Positions 19,933 through 30,096 of a DNA stretch of 64,000 bases are shown in pieces (position 1 is the first letter of the stretch; each line of letters begins with the position of its first letter). This stretch comes from a virus: IMG/VR virus record IMGVR_UViG_3300017763_000003; one strand, given 5' to 3'. The translations under genes were made by a program, and so were the position numbers. The notes under the pieces were generated by a model that was not told where the DNA came from, searched no databases, and worked only from the letters and a program-made list of their open reading frames with translations.

Positions 19933-20766
19933 GTGCACAATTTATATAAAGGCATAGTATTGTTGGGTCTGTTCTTTTTAGCAGGTTGTGCTACCACACC
20001 TGAGAAAATAAATGACTACAAGGAGATGGGTGCTTTCCATCATGCTACTCCTACAAATAAATTACTGATTGATTTACCAGAACTAGACCAAGAAATTATG
20101 ACGATTGCTGTTTATAATTTTAGTGATAAAACTGGACAACGAAAACCAAGTCAAAAGTTTTCACAATTATCAACTGCTGTGACTCAAGGTCCAGAAGTTT
20201 GGGTGATACAAGCACTAAAAGAAGCTGGTAATGGTACATGGTTTAAAGTTGTTGAACGAGGTGGCTTAGATAACCTCGTAAAAGAAAGACAATTAATACG
20301 ATCCACTAGAGAATCGTATGAAGGAAACGAAGCAAATAAAAATAGTTTAAAGCCACTATTATTTGCTGGATTAATATTAGAAGGAGGAGTTGTTTCCTAT
20401 GACACTAATATTGATACAGGTGGCTTCGGTGTAAGATATTTTGGTATCGGTGCTCATGAAGAGTATCGAGTTGACCAAGTGACTGTCTCGATGAGAGTTG
20501 TAGCAGTACAAACAGGAGAAGTAATCCTAGCTGTAAATGGTACAAAAACTATCGCATCTCACAAGACAGGAGTTGATGCCTTTAGATTTATAGATATGGG
20601 CACAAGAGCGATAGAGGTTGAGAGTGGGGTAAGTGCAAACGAACCTGTAAATTATGCTATAAGATCTGCAGTAGAATACTGTATTATCGAAATAATAAAA
20701 CAGGGCGAGCAAAAGTCACTCTGGAAATTTAAACAGGAGAAAAAAGAAGATGAGGGAATACATTAA
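19933..20766 (+). CDS. csgG: curli secretion channel lipoprotein CsgG
   Basis: LAG-C lipobox, AVYNFSDKTGQRKP, STAVTQG, WFKVVERGGLDNLVKERQLIR. Confidence 0.92.
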   Translation: MHNLYKGIVLLGLFFLAGCATTPEKINDYKEMGAFHHATPTNKLLIDLPELDQEIMTIAVYNFSDKTGQRKPSQKFSQLSTAVTQGPEVWVIQALKEAGNGTWFKVVERGGLDNLVKERQLIRSTRESYEGNEANKNSLKPLLFAGLILEGGVVSYDTNIDTGGFGVRYFGIGAHEEYRVDQVTVSMRVVAVQTGEVILAVNGTKTIASHKTGVDAFRFIDMGTRAIEVESGVSANEPVNYAIRSAVEYCIIEIIKQGEQKSLWKFKQEKKEDEGIH

Positions 20767-21445
20767 AACAGCTATATTATTTGTCCCTTTGTTATTTGCT
20801 GGTAGTTTTTTGATGGCGAATGATGTCTATGTCACGCAAAGTGGTGATACACTTGACTTAGATATTACTCAAGATGGTCAAAATAACACTATTGGTAATT
20901 CTACGACTGCTTCCAGTTCGACAGGTGCCACCACTACATTAAACATTGACCAAATAGGAAACTCGAATGTTATTACTTACCAGATTAATGGTGCTACTTA
21001 TAGTGGTGTTATTAATTTAGTTGGTAATTCAAACAATGTTGATTTAAACTGTGATAGCCAAGGAAACAATAGTTCTTGTGGTACTGCTAATGCAGTAATT
21101 AATTTTACAGGTAATTCAAACGACATCGATTTAGATATTGGTCAAACTGCAGCAGCAGGTAATGCTGATGTAGATATAGTTGGTCAGTCTGGTTCCGACA
21201 GTAATGTCGTTGCAGCAACAGTAGATGGTACAAGTGCCATCCTGACAATAACTGTGAATGGTGACACTAACAACTGGTTGATAGACATGGATGGCAATGG
21301 TGATGTTAATGGACATACTCTGATACATACTCATACTGGCGGAATCGCTGATGTGGATATAGTACAAAGTGGTATTAATGACCAAATGATTACACTAACG
21401 ACTAGTGGTGATAATCATGACATCGATATTAGCCAAACTGATTAA
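20750..21445 (+). CDS. secreted curlin-repeat beta-solenoid protein
   Basis: Signal peptide; repeated I-x-Q-x-G-x-x-N units. Confidence 0.7.
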   Translation: MREYIKTAILFVPLLFAGSFLMANDVYVTQSGDTLDLDITQDGQNNTIGNSTTASSSTGATTTLNIDQIGNSNVITYQINGATYSGVINLVGNSNNVDLNCDSQGNNSSCGTANAVINFTGNSNDIDLDIGQTAAAGNADVDIVGQSGSDSNVVAATVDGTSAILTITVNGDTNNWLIDMDGNGDVNGHTLIHTHTGGIADVDIVQSGINDQMITLTTSGDNHDIDISQTD

Positions 21446-21461
21446 TTCGTAAAGGTTTGTT

Positions 21462-22583
21462 ATGAGTTTGAAACTCGCTATACCAATGACGATATTTGGC
21501 ATGCTTCTACTATGCTCACAAGAAGCTAAAGCCGATATTGGTAAAGTCACTATCCATCAAGGAAGTGGGTTTATTGAAAGAAAAGCTGATGGCGAGTCAG
21601 TAAACACTACAGAAGATTTAGATGTTTTCAGCTATGACACTGTAAAGACTGGTGATGGTAAAACTTCTATAGACTTCGTAGATGATACAAGGGTAGATGT
21701 CACAGAACATTCTAAACTAATCATTGATGAATTCGTTTACGATCCTAAAGCTAAGACAGGAAAACTGTCATTGAAAGCAAGTTTAGGAACAATCAGATAT
21801 GCTTCAGGTCAGATAGCAAAGAACTCAAGGCAAGATGTTAATATCACTACACCTACAGCAACTATCGCTGTAAGGGGAACTGACTTTAGCATGACTGTTG
21901 ATGAGATTGGTGGTTCTACAATTATATTACTACCAAGTTGCGACTCTACTGGTGCTTGCTTTGTAGGTGAGATATCAGTAGAATCAGATATAGGTCAAGT
22001 AATACTTAACCAAGCATTTCAAGCAACAGTAGTTAGTACTGTATCATCACAGCCGATGAAACCAGTATTACTAAATTTAGATGAGGATATGATAGGCAAT
22101 TTACTTATCGTGTCAAAGCCGAAAGAAATAGAAGAAGGTGAAGCGAGAGAAGCAGCATATAATAAAGTAGCATCGGCATTAGATATTGACTTCCTACAGT
22201 TTGACGATTTAGAGGTAGATTATTTAGAGGAAGAAGAAGACCAGTGGGCAACTGGATTAGATATAGATTTTTTAGAGCAAAACTTTTTGGTAGATATTTT
22301 GGCTCAAATTAATAAAGAACTTGCTAAAGCTATGCGAAGTGAGTTTGATAAACAAAAATCTACAGGCGATATAAGATTAGGTAAAGATCCTGAAACTGGC
22401 ATTATAATTCTAGATGAAGATCCACATTGGGTTTATTCTAGAGAGGGAGCAGGAAACTTTTTTGAACTTAGATTAGATAAAGAATATGGTTATGTAATTT
22501 CATTTACACAAAATGACTTTGCCATATTTGATTACGAACTAGGAGGAAATGACAATGTCATCAATATTTTACAAAATCAGTAG
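21462..22583 (+). CDS. FecR-domain periplasmic protein
   Basis: Signal peptide; DTVKTG…F.D.T…ITTPTATIAVRGTDF. Confidence 0.8.
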   Translation: MSLKLAIPMTIFGMLLLCSQEAKADIGKVTIHQGSGFIERKADGESVNTTEDLDVFSYDTVKTGDGKTSIDFVDDTRVDVTEHSKLIIDEFVYDPKAKTGKLSLKASLGTIRYASGQIAKNSRQDVNITTPTATIAVRGTDFSMTVDEIGGSTIILLPSCDSTGACFVGEISVESDIGQVILNQAFQATVVSTVSSQPMKPVLLNLDEDMIGNLLIVSKPKEIEEGEAREAAYNKVASALDIDFLQFDDLEVDYLEEEEDQWATGLDIDFLEQNFLVDILAQINKELAKAMRSEFDKQKSTGDIRLGKDPETGIIILDEDPHWVYSREGAGNFFELRLDKEYGYVISFTQNDFAIFDYELGGNDNVINILQNQ

Positions 22584-23274
22584 TATTATATTTTTTGTTT
22601 TATTTGCGACCGAAGCATTCGGTAGCGAACTTTATATAAACCAATCAGGAAATAATTTTAATCTAGAAGTAATTCAAGATGGTACTGGTAATAATTTAAT
22701 TAGAGGATATCATAATCAAACTGCTAGTATCGTTGGTAATAATAACTCCCTAAAGATTACACAAAAACAAACTGTTTCAACTTCTACCTTCTCAACAGCA
22801 CATGTTGATATTAATGGTCATAGTAATGATATATTCATGGGTATGGGTGTAGGCACTACAAACTTTACAAACTTTACACAAACAGATAATCAAGAAGCTG
22901 GCAATCACAATCAAAAGTTATATCTACAAGGAGATAATAACGATGTCTATATGGCTCAAAGAAATGGTTCACCAAGTCAAATATATAGTGCGCATTCAAT
23001 AGATTTAAAAATATACAGTGATGGTAATAATGTTGGAATAATGCAAGGTCACGATGGGTCAAAAACATTTAACCTAACTATAAATAATGATAATAATAAT
23101 GTAGTTGCTTATCAGATGGGTTATAACTCTGCTCATACTGCTACCATAACTCTAGATGGCAACTATCCGACTAACTTAGATCTCAACCAGAATAATGGAT
23201 ATAGCAACAGTTCGTACTCGCTTAATCAGTTTTGTAATTCTAGTAATGGGTGTAATGTCACAGTGGCAGATTAA
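22549..23274 (+). CDS. second secreted curlin-repeat protein
   Basis: Signal peptide; Asn/Gln-rich Q-x-G-N-N repeats. Confidence 0.7.
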   Translation: MTMSSIFYKISSIIFFVLFATEAFGSELYINQSGNNFNLEVIQDGTGNNLIRGYHNQTASIVGNNNSLKITQKQTVSTSTFSTAHVDINGHSNDIFMGMGVGTTNFTNFTQTDNQEAGNHNQKLYLQGDNNDVYMAQRNGSPSQIYSAHSIDLKIYSDGNNVGIMQGHDGSKTFNLTINNDNNNVVAYQMGYNSAHTATITLDGNYPTNLDLNQNNGYSNSSYSLNQFCNSSNGCNVTVAD

Positions 23275-23301
23275 AGAAAAAATAAATAACTAAATAATAT
23301 T

Positions 23302-23730
23302 GTGGCTTATTCTAAAGAAGTCGTAGAAAGATTTGAAAGTGTTCTACGCAATCCTGAAAAGCATGCGGTTGGTAAATTCAATCCGCAGGATTCAGATATA
23401 GCCACTGGTATGGTTGGTGCCCCATCATGTGGGGATGTCATGAAACTTCAACTAAAACTTGACCAAGCTAACGATCCTGATAAAGCCAAGATATTAGATG
23501 TCAAGTTTAAAACATATGGGTGTGGTTCTGCTATTGCATCCTCTACAATGTTCGTAGATATGTTAAAAGGTAAAACTATTGAACAAGCTATGGCGATTAC
23601 AAACGATGAGATAGCTGAAGCATTAGATTTACCACCAATTAAAATTCACTGTTCAGTATTAGCAGAAGAAGGAATAAAGAAAGCGATATCAAATTGGTAT
23701 GATAAAAAAGATTCTAACACACTGGACTAG
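23302..23730 (+). CDS. iscU: Fe-S cluster scaffold IscU
   Basis: GAPSCGDVMKLQ, FKTYGCGSAIASS, LPPIKIHCSVLAE; CTAAATA at 23290-23296. Confidence 0.93.
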   Translation: MAYSKEVVERFESVLRNPEKHAVGKFNPQDSDIATGMVGAPSCGDVMKLQLKLDQANDPDKAKILDVKFKTYGCGSAIASSTMFVDMLKGKTIEQAMAITNDEIAEALDLPPIKIHCSVLAEEGIKKAISNWYDKKDSNTLD

Positions 23731-25540
23731 TGCGTTCATAACACTTGCCATTCTGGCAGGTATCGGATTATACAATCCTGACTTCAAAGAAATAATTAAA
23801 TTAAAATCTTTTGATTTTCTATTAGCATCAGAAGAAAAAACTTTTTCTGAAGATATAGTTATAGTTGAAATAGACGAAGCTACATTAGATGTCAAAGGTC
23901 AATACCCATTCTCTAGAGTACACTACAGTTTCCTTATAGAAAAATTAAGAGAAGCTGGAGCAGGTGTAATAGTATTCCCAATATTATTCTCAGAAAAAGA
24001 TAGAGAGGATGGCGACTGGGTGTTTGAATCTACACTAAAAGCAGGAACTGTTATCGCTCAGTTAGGAACTAATGATATTAATAAGAATGGTGTGCCTAGA
24101 GGTGTGGCTAAAATAGGTGACCCATTACCATACTTATTTGAGTGGGGTGGTATGCTTGGTCCAATACCACAACTTGGTCAGGCAGCAAATGGTGTAGGTG
24201 TTGTAAATACTGCACCTGAAATAGATGGTGTTGTTCGTAGAGTTCCTCTACTTATGAAAATAGATAATGACATATATCCTAGTATAGCCATAGAAGTTAT
24301 TAGAGTCGCAGTGGGCGACCCATCCTATCAAGTAAAAGCAGGTGATGGTGGCATACAAGCTATGAGAGTTCCAGGATTCGCTACTATTGAAACTGATGCG
24401 AATGCTAGAATATGGTTAAGGCACGATAAAGAATATCATACTATATCAATGATGGATGTAGAAAATGGGATAAATGATTTATTATTATTTGGTAAAACTA
24501 TAATCGTATCTCCAACTGCTGCTGGTATATCTAATATAATTGCTACACCAAGAGGTGAACAGTATTCACATTATATAACTGCTTCTACATTACAAACTGT
24601 TTTATCAGGCGAACAAATAACTAGAGTAGATTGGTTGCCATTAGCAGAAATAATGCTAATGATGTTTTGGTGTATTATTACTATCTTTGCTTGTAGGTTT
24701 TTACCTTATGCTTGGTTGGCAATTTATCTAGGTGTGGTTGTATCTGCTGCCATCGCGAAAGCATACTTCGCATTTACTTATTATGGTTGGCTAGTAGATG
24801 TATCTTGGTTTGTAATAGCTACATTCCTTGTAGGTTTTCATGCTACCTTTACTAGATTTATCCTAGAGTTTAATTTAAAACAACAAATAAGAAAACAGTT
24901 TGAAAGATATCTAGATCCAAGACAAGTTGCTATATTACAAAAAGATCCAAGTAAATTAAAACTGGGTGGTGAGAAAAGAGAGATGAGTTTCTTATTTATG
25001 GATATAGTTGGCTTTACTCCTATATCTGAGTATTTTAAAAATAAAGATGACCCAGAAGGATTAGTTGAACTCATTAATGATTACTTAAATCGTATGACTA
25101 AAATTGTATTGGCTAATGGTGGGTGTGTCGATAAATATATGGGCGACTGTATTATGGCATTCTGGAATGCTCCACTTGATTGTGATAATCACGCAGAGTT
25201 GGCAGTCAAAACTTCTATAGAGTGTGCTGAAGAAACACAAAAATTAAAGAAAGAATATAAAGAAGCAGGATTACCTGAGATTAATATTGGCTCAGGTGTA
25301 AATACTGGTACATGTATTGTAGGAAATATGGGTAGTGAAATGAGATTTGATTACTCAGTAATCGGTGACGCAGTAAACCTTGCTGCCAGATTAGAAGCTC
25401 AAACTAGAAACTATAAAAACTGTCATACTCTATATTCTCAGTACACCAAAGATGCCCTAAATAGTATTGAATCCAAAGAACTTGATAAAATCAAGGTGAA
25501 GGGAAAAGAAGAACTTATAACAATATACGAACCAAAATGA
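23699..25540 (+). CDS. CHASE2-domain class III adenylate cyclase
   Basis: CHASE2 (IVIVEIDE, DGVVRRVPL), TM helices, FMDIVGFT, DKYMGDCIMAFWNAP, DYSVIGDAVNLAARLE. Confidence 0.9.
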   Translation: MIKKILTHWTSAFITLAILAGIGLYNPDFKEIIKLKSFDFLLASEEKTFSEDIVIVEIDEATLDVKGQYPFSRVHYSFLIEKLREAGAGVIVFPILFSEKDREDGDWVFESTLKAGTVIAQLGTNDINKNGVPRGVAKIGDPLPYLFEWGGMLGPIPQLGQAANGVGVVNTAPEIDGVVRRVPLLMKIDNDIYPSIAIEVIRVAVGDPSYQVKAGDGGIQAMRVPGFATIETDANARIWLRHDKEYHTISMMDVENGINDLLLFGKTIIVSPTAAGISNIIATPRGEQYSHYITASTLQTVLSGEQITRVDWLPLAEIMLMMFWCIITIFACRFLPYAWLAIYLGVVVSAAIAKAYFAFTYYGWLVDVSWFVIATFLVGFHATFTRFILEFNLKQQIRKQFERYLDPRQVAILQKDPSKLKLGGEKREMSFLFMDIVGFTPISEYFKNKDDPEGLVELINDYLNRMTKIVLANGGCVDKYMGDCIMAFWNAPLDCDNHAELAVKTSIECAEETQKLKKEYKEAGLPEINIGSGVNTGTCIVGNMGSEMRFDYSVIGDAVNLAARLEAQTRNYKNCHTLYSQYTKDALNSIESKELDKIKVKGKEELITIYEPK

Positions 25541-25836
25541 TGCCAGATATTTTCATAGATACTATTTTTTACATAGTGCTTACTGCATTTGTAGGCAGTG
25601 GAGACACTCTTCATTCCAACTGGACTATACCATTTGAAAATAGAAACGAGTGTGCTTATTTTTTAAAGAATAATATAAAAGAATACCCATTACCATTTCA
25701 AAAGGATGAGACAGGAAACTACACTATATCTCATGGGGAAACTACTTACTATGTAGAATTTTGGTCACACTCATGTCAGGAATTTTACTATGACCAAGAA
25801 AGTGGTAAGTGGAAACAAGTCCCTTATTCAATCTAA
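25537..25836 (+). CDS. hypothetical exported protein
   Basis: N-terminal hydrophobic segment. Confidence 0.55.
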   Translation: MMPDIFIDTIFYIVLTAFVGSGDTLHSNWTIPFENRNECAYFLKNNIKEYPLPFQKDETGNYTISHGETTYYVEFWSHSCQEFYYDQESGKWKQVPYSI

Positions 25837-26536
25837 ATACTTAATCCCATTAAACATCCCTAAAATAGAAAGACCTAATCTTTGGTCAACTGATAAGAAA
25901 ACAATTACAGTTATCAATCTTACAAAGGATGGGGAACAAACTACTGGTCTTCAACATGAAGATATTAATCTATTAGACCAAGAGATGCATTTTAATGTTG
26001 GTGAATATGCAGATAGTCATGAACATGGTGGTCAATGGAAACAAAACTCTTTTCCTTGGGAACTTCGCCCAGAGGTAATACCTGAAGTTGTACATAGATA
26101 TCTTAATTGGATTCCTGGAGGTTGGTATTGTATTGTTCTAACCACACCACCTAATTCTAAGATGGCATTACATTGTCATTCTCGCCAGCATGGAGACTCG
26201 TGGGCGATAAACATGACTTGGGGAGAAGGAGAACATCATACAGACTTCTACTCTCACCCAACATGGGATTTTAATTTCCAAGAATCTATTGCTCAAAGAG
26301 ATAAAGAAAAATTTAAGCATAGGGAAGATATCTATGCTATCTTAACTGAGAAAGAACAGGCAGAATGCACCAGAGTATTCACTCATCAGAATAATGGAAC
26401 CTGCCTTATCAACCTATCTACTATTCATGGTGTTAGAAACCATAGTAATAAACCACGCACAACCCTCCAATTTGCCCCATATATACCTTTAAAGCTAGAA
26501 ACAGCTCTTAAAAACCTTAAAAACAGGGTAAAATAA
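25790..26536 (+). CDS. cupin/2OG-oxygenase-like protein
   Basis: LHCH…IHGVRN…RTTLQF. Confidence 0.55.
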   Translation: MTKKVVSGNKSLIQSKYLIPLNIPKIERPNLWSTDKKTITVINLTKDGEQTTGLQHEDINLLDQEMHFNVGEYADSHEHGGQWKQNSFPWELRPEVIPEVVHRYLNWIPGGWYCIVLTTPPNSKMALHCHSRQHGDSWAINMTWGEGEHHTDFYSHPTWDFNFQESIAQRDKEKFKHREDIYAILTEKEQAECTRVFTHQNNGTCLINLSTIHGVRNHSNKPRTTLQFAPYIPLKLETALKNLKNRVK

Positions 26537-26693
26537 GGGCATTTCAAATATAGAGCTTCTCACAGCTCACTGGAAAGCACATCTTTTTTCCTGGTATAAA
26601 CCCTTATGCTCATCGACTTTCACCACTCCAGAGCGAAATGGAGAGTCCGTTTTTATCTAATGGGGGCTGAAAACACTGGTTTTAATAGTTTTG

Positions 26694-26733
26694 GACGATT
26701 TTACTTTACTTTTAAGTTTTTTTAGAGTAGAAT
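26694..26733 (+). promoter_or_regulatory. sigma70-type early promoter
   Basis: GACGATTTTAC-TTTACT-17-TAGAAT. Confidence 0.7.
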
Positions 26734-26790
26734 GATAATACTGTGTAAAAGCAGATATACAACAATTACCAAACTATCTAAGGAGGATAT

Positions 26791-27051
26791 ATGGCTAATG
26801 TTAAAATGACGCAAGAAGCAAGGTTGCTTCGTGCTTTACAAAATGGCAGTGAGTTTACTGCTAATCAAATCAGTAGCAGATTTGGGATTAAGAATCCATA
26901 TGCTACTGTGCAAAACTTGAAATTGAAAGGTTTTGCAATCTATCTGAACAATAGAACTAATTCTATGGGTCAGACCTATAAGAAGTATCGTATCGGTACA
27001 CCTACAAGGGCAGTAGTTGCTGCTGGATATAGAGCACTCATTGGTGCGTAA
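26791..27051 (+). CDS. winged-HTH phage protein
   Basis: LLRALQNGSEFTANQISSRFGIKNP…YRIGTPTR; SD AAGGAGG. Confidence 0.7.
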   Translation: MANVKMTQEARLLRALQNGSEFTANQISSRFGIKNPYATVQNLKLKGFAIYLNNRTNSMGQTYKKYRIGTPTRAVVAAGYRALIGA

Positions 27052-27073
27052 TCACATCGTCCTGATATGATTA

Positions 27074-27114
27074 TAAAGGGGAGTCGGTCATCAGTATCAC
27101 TCCCCTTTACTTTT
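27074..27114 (+). terminator. intrinsic terminator overlapping next -35
   Basis: TAAAGGGGAGT…ACTCCCCTTTA then CTTTT. Confidence 0.65.
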
Positions 27115-27134
27115 AAGTTTTTAAGAACTAGAAT
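27106..27134 (+). promoter_or_regulatory. sigma70-type promoter (leaderless)
   Basis: TTTACT-17-TAGAAT, ATG 6 nt downstream. Confidence 0.65.
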
Positions 27135-27140
27135 ATAACT

Positions 27141-27326
27141 ATGGCGATATTTTTGACCCAGTTCGATGTAACACTAAGTGATGGCTCTCGTAAGACTTAT
27201 GCTTCTGAAGATATAGAAGCTAATACATTAGAGGAAGCCCAAGAGATTGCTAAGGACATGAGTCCTACATTATATGTGTGCGGAGAATGGGTAGATAATG
27301 TTATGCCTTATCGATTAACTTTATAA
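27141..27326 (+). CDS. hypothetical protein
   Basis: ORF after promoter. Confidence 0.6.
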   Translation: MAIFLTQFDVTLSDGSRKTYASEDIEANTLEEAQEIAKDMSPTLYVCGEWVDNVMPYRLTL

Positions 27327-27339
27327 TGGAGATGTTTGT

Positions 27340-27663
27340 ATGACTGATGAATATGATGACCGAAAGTTTGATTTGAATATGAAAACTCAAATGCGACAAC
27401 AACTAGGTGAGTCTGTGTGTACTGTTAAATTTAAAAAGGAAGATGGTACTGAAAGGGAAGGAAAGTTTACAACTAATAGTAGATGGATCCCTGAAGAAAA
27501 AATGCCTAAAAGCGATAAAGCAAATAATAATATGGATTTATTTGTAGTTTTTGACACTGAGATAAATGAATGGCGATCCTTTAAATATGATAGGATGATT
27601 TCATTTTATTATCCTGGGCATACTGCTACTAACAACCCACCAACGAGAAGAGTTTTTCCATGA
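27340..27663 (+). CDS. SH3/WYL-like beta-barrel protein
   Basis: VKFKKEDGTER…VFDTEINEWRSF. Confidence 0.7.
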   Translation: MTDEYDDRKFDLNMKTQMRQQLGESVCTVKFKKEDGTEREGKFTTNSRWIPEEKMPKSDKANNNMDLFVVFDTEINEWRSFKYDRMISFYYPGHTATNNPPTRRVFP

Positions 27664-28550
27664 TATTAATTGATTATAGCCAAGTAGCAATATCTAACAT
27701 TATGTCTTTCAGGCAAGACCTGATTGCTGCAGATAATTCAGGTGACGAAAAAGGTGTAGAGAATATTATTCGTCACTGTATTTTATCTTCGCTTAAAATG
27801 TACAAGAAGAGGTACGGAAAAGAATATGGTGATTTAGTTGTTTGTTGCGACAGCTTTAATTATTGGAGAAAAGATTATCATCCTTACTATAAATCTAAAC
27901 GAGCAGGATCTAGGGAACAGGATGACATGCCATGGGATATTTTATTTACCATAATGAGTAAAGTAAGGGATGAGATAGATGAAAACTCTCCTTACAAAGT
28001 TATGCGTATAGAAAGATGTGAAGCTGATGATGTTATTGGTGCTCTCGTAAATCATACCGATACATTCGGTAATAATGAACCAGTAATAATCATATCATCG
28101 GATAAAGATTTTAAACAGCTTCAAAAATATTCACATGTAAAACAGTTTTCCCCTATGCAGAAAAAGTTTGTCACTCTAGCTAAAGGGGAAACTATTAAAG
28201 AATTTACTACTATGCACATAGTAAAAGGTGACACTGGTGATGGTGTACCAAACATATTTTCGCCTGATGATATCTTTCATCAGGAGGGTGTCAGGCAGAA
28301 ACCTGTCACCAAGAAAATCCTAGAGGAGTTCTATGCTTTTGGTAGAGATGCCTGTAGAACTGACGAAGAAAGGGAAAGGTGGGATAGGAATGAAAGGGTT
28401 ATATCGCTTGACCATATACCTGAAGAATATTCAAAAGCTATCGTGGACGAGTACCTAAATAATAAAGCGAAGGGAGATAAGATGAAACTATACAATTATC
28501 TTATGGAAAATCGCTGTAATTTATTATTAGAAGAAATTGAGGACTTTTAA
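27660..28550 (+). CDS. rnh: T4 RNase H / 5'-3' exonuclease
   Basis: MILIDYSQ, YWRK..YK, EADD, SSDKDF, GDTGDGVPN. Confidence 0.93.
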   Translation: MILIDYSQVAISNIMSFRQDLIAADNSGDEKGVENIIRHCILSSLKMYKKRYGKEYGDLVVCCDSFNYWRKDYHPYYKSKRAGSREQDDMPWDILFTIMSKVRDEIDENSPYKVMRIERCEADDVIGALVNHTDTFGNNEPVIIISSDKDFKQLQKYSHVKQFSPMQKKFVTLAKGETIKEFTTMHIVKGDTGDGVPNIFSPDDIFHQEGVRQKPVTKKILEEFYAFGRDACRTDEERERWDRNERVISLDHIPEEYSKAIVDEYLNNKAKGDKMKLYNYLMENRCNLLLEEIEDF

Positions 28551-28552
28551 AT

Positions 28553-29071
28553 ATGGCTGTGAAATATATAGAAAAGATTCTTCAGGACATTAATGACACT
28601 GGAGAAGTTGAAAAATACAAGGATGACGCATTAGTAAGAATTATTTTTGAGAATGCATTTAATCCTGCGAATAAATGGATTTTACCAGAAGGCAACCCAC
28701 CTTTTAAAGAAGCTGACGAGCCAGATGGTGCAACTCCAACAAATATGTATCTTGAAGCAAGACGCATAGGTTATATCTTTAAACGAGAAGATCTTTCTCC
28801 TGTAAAAAGAGAAGGTTTATTTATTGAGATGCTTGAAAGTGTCCCACCTGCAGAAGCTAAAATACTTCTAGCAATTAAAGACCAAAGGTTGGATAAGATA
28901 TACCCTAAAATCACACCAGCTGTAGCAAGTAAAATTGCTGAGATTAATACTAACGAAGCTGATAAAATGATTGCGGAAGCAAAAGATGCTGAAGAAAAAG
29001 CAAAAAAACCACATCAGAGTACCCAACAAAAACGAGGACCTGATGGAAAATTTATCAAGAAGGCAAAGTAA
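28553..29071 (+). CDS. conserved T4-like hypothetical protein after rnh
   Basis: LPEGNPPF…KREGLFIEMLESV..EA. Confidence 0.7.
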   Translation: MAVKYIEKILQDINDTGEVEKYKDDALVRIIFENAFNPANKWILPEGNPPFKEADEPDGATPTNMYLEARRIGYIFKREDLSPVKREGLFIEMLESVPPAEAKILLAIKDQRLDKIYPKITPAVASKIAEINTNEADKMIAEAKDAEEKAKKPHQSTQQKRGPDGKFIKKAK

Positions 29072-29338
29072 ATGGTAAAACCACTAGAAGAAAGAATCAC
29101 AACTCTGAAAGATTTAGAGAATGGTATCGAGTATGCTGGTGAAGTTCGTGTATGTACCGAAGATAGATTAGTAGTAGCATATAGAGAAGGAACTACTGCT
29201 GAAAAGAAAGAGGTACAGTTTGATGTTTATGATTCGGCTACAGATAAATGGACAAGAGAAGATTGGGAGTGTACTTATCCTAACATAGATAAGTTAAACG
29301 CAACTGATATTACTGTTCGTGTAAGCAATCATAGATGA
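29072..29338 (+). CDS. hypothetical protein
   Basis: ORF in operon. Confidence 0.6.
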   Translation: MVKPLEERITTLKDLENGIEYAGEVRVCTEDRLVVAYREGTTAEKKEVQFDVYDSATDKWTREDWECTYPNIDKLNATDITVRVSNHR

Positions 29339-30096
29339 AAGTAGCTGTTGTTATGGGAGTGGCGAACGATCGCTCCATCGCATGGGGTATCGCCAACAAG
29401 TTAATAGATGAAGGATATACTTGTGTCTTCACTTATCCAAACGATTCCATAAAGAAAAGAATTACTAGACTATCGCCTATGGCTCATACTATTAAGTGCG
29501 ATGTATCTAATAGTATGGATGTAAGGAATGCTTTTCTTGCTGTCAAACACCATTATCCTAAGATTGATTATGTTGTTCACGCAATGAGTATGACTGACTT
29601 TCGTGAGTTAGATGGTAAGATGATGGATATATCAAAGGAAAACTTCAGTGAGTCGCTACTCGTAGGATGTTATTCGTTGATAGATATAGTAAGAAACAGT
29701 ATCGAATTTATGAACACAGGTGGGGCATATCTCACACTTAGTTATGATGGAGCTCGTAGAGTTTACGACAACTATAATGTAATGGGATTAGTAAAAGCAT
29801 CACTTGAGTCAGCAACTAGATACTTAGCGAAAGACTGTGCGGAAAAGGGAGTACGCATAAATTGTATATCGGCAGGTGTAATAAAAACATCATCTGCTAT
29901 GGCTGTAAAAGGCAGTAAGGGTATGTTGGCTTATGCCGAAGGAGTGAACCCTATGAAACGAAATATCACTCTACAGGATTTAGCAGGAAGTGCATATTAC
30001 TTCCTATCTGATTTATCTTCAGGTGTGACAGGTGAAACACATTATGTAGATTGCGGATATAATATTATTGGGGCACCGAGTATAGATGACTTATAA
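29335..30096 (+). CDS. fabI: enoyl-ACP reductase
   Basis: GVANDRSIAWGIA, LSY, YNVMGLVKASLE (Tyr-x6-Lys), ISAGVIKT, GVTGETHYVDCG. Confidence 0.92.
   Translation: MKVAVVMGVANDRSIAWGIANKLIDEGYTCVFTYPNDSIKKRITRLSPMAHTIKCDVSNSMDVRNAFLAVKHHYPKIDYVVHAMSMTDFRELDGKMMDISKENFSESLLVGCYSLIDIVRNSIEFMNTGGAYLTLSYDGARRVYDNYNVMGLVKASLESATRYLAKDCAEKGVRINCISAGVIKTSSAMAVKGSKGMLAYAEGVNPMKRNITLQDLAGSAYYFLSDLSSGVTGETHYVDCGYNIIGAPSIDDL

Noticed and set aside
23699-25540. Pycsar-like pyrimidine cyclase
   Set aside because: CHASE2-TM architecture and Lys plus DYS specificity residues fit an ordinary adenylate cyclase
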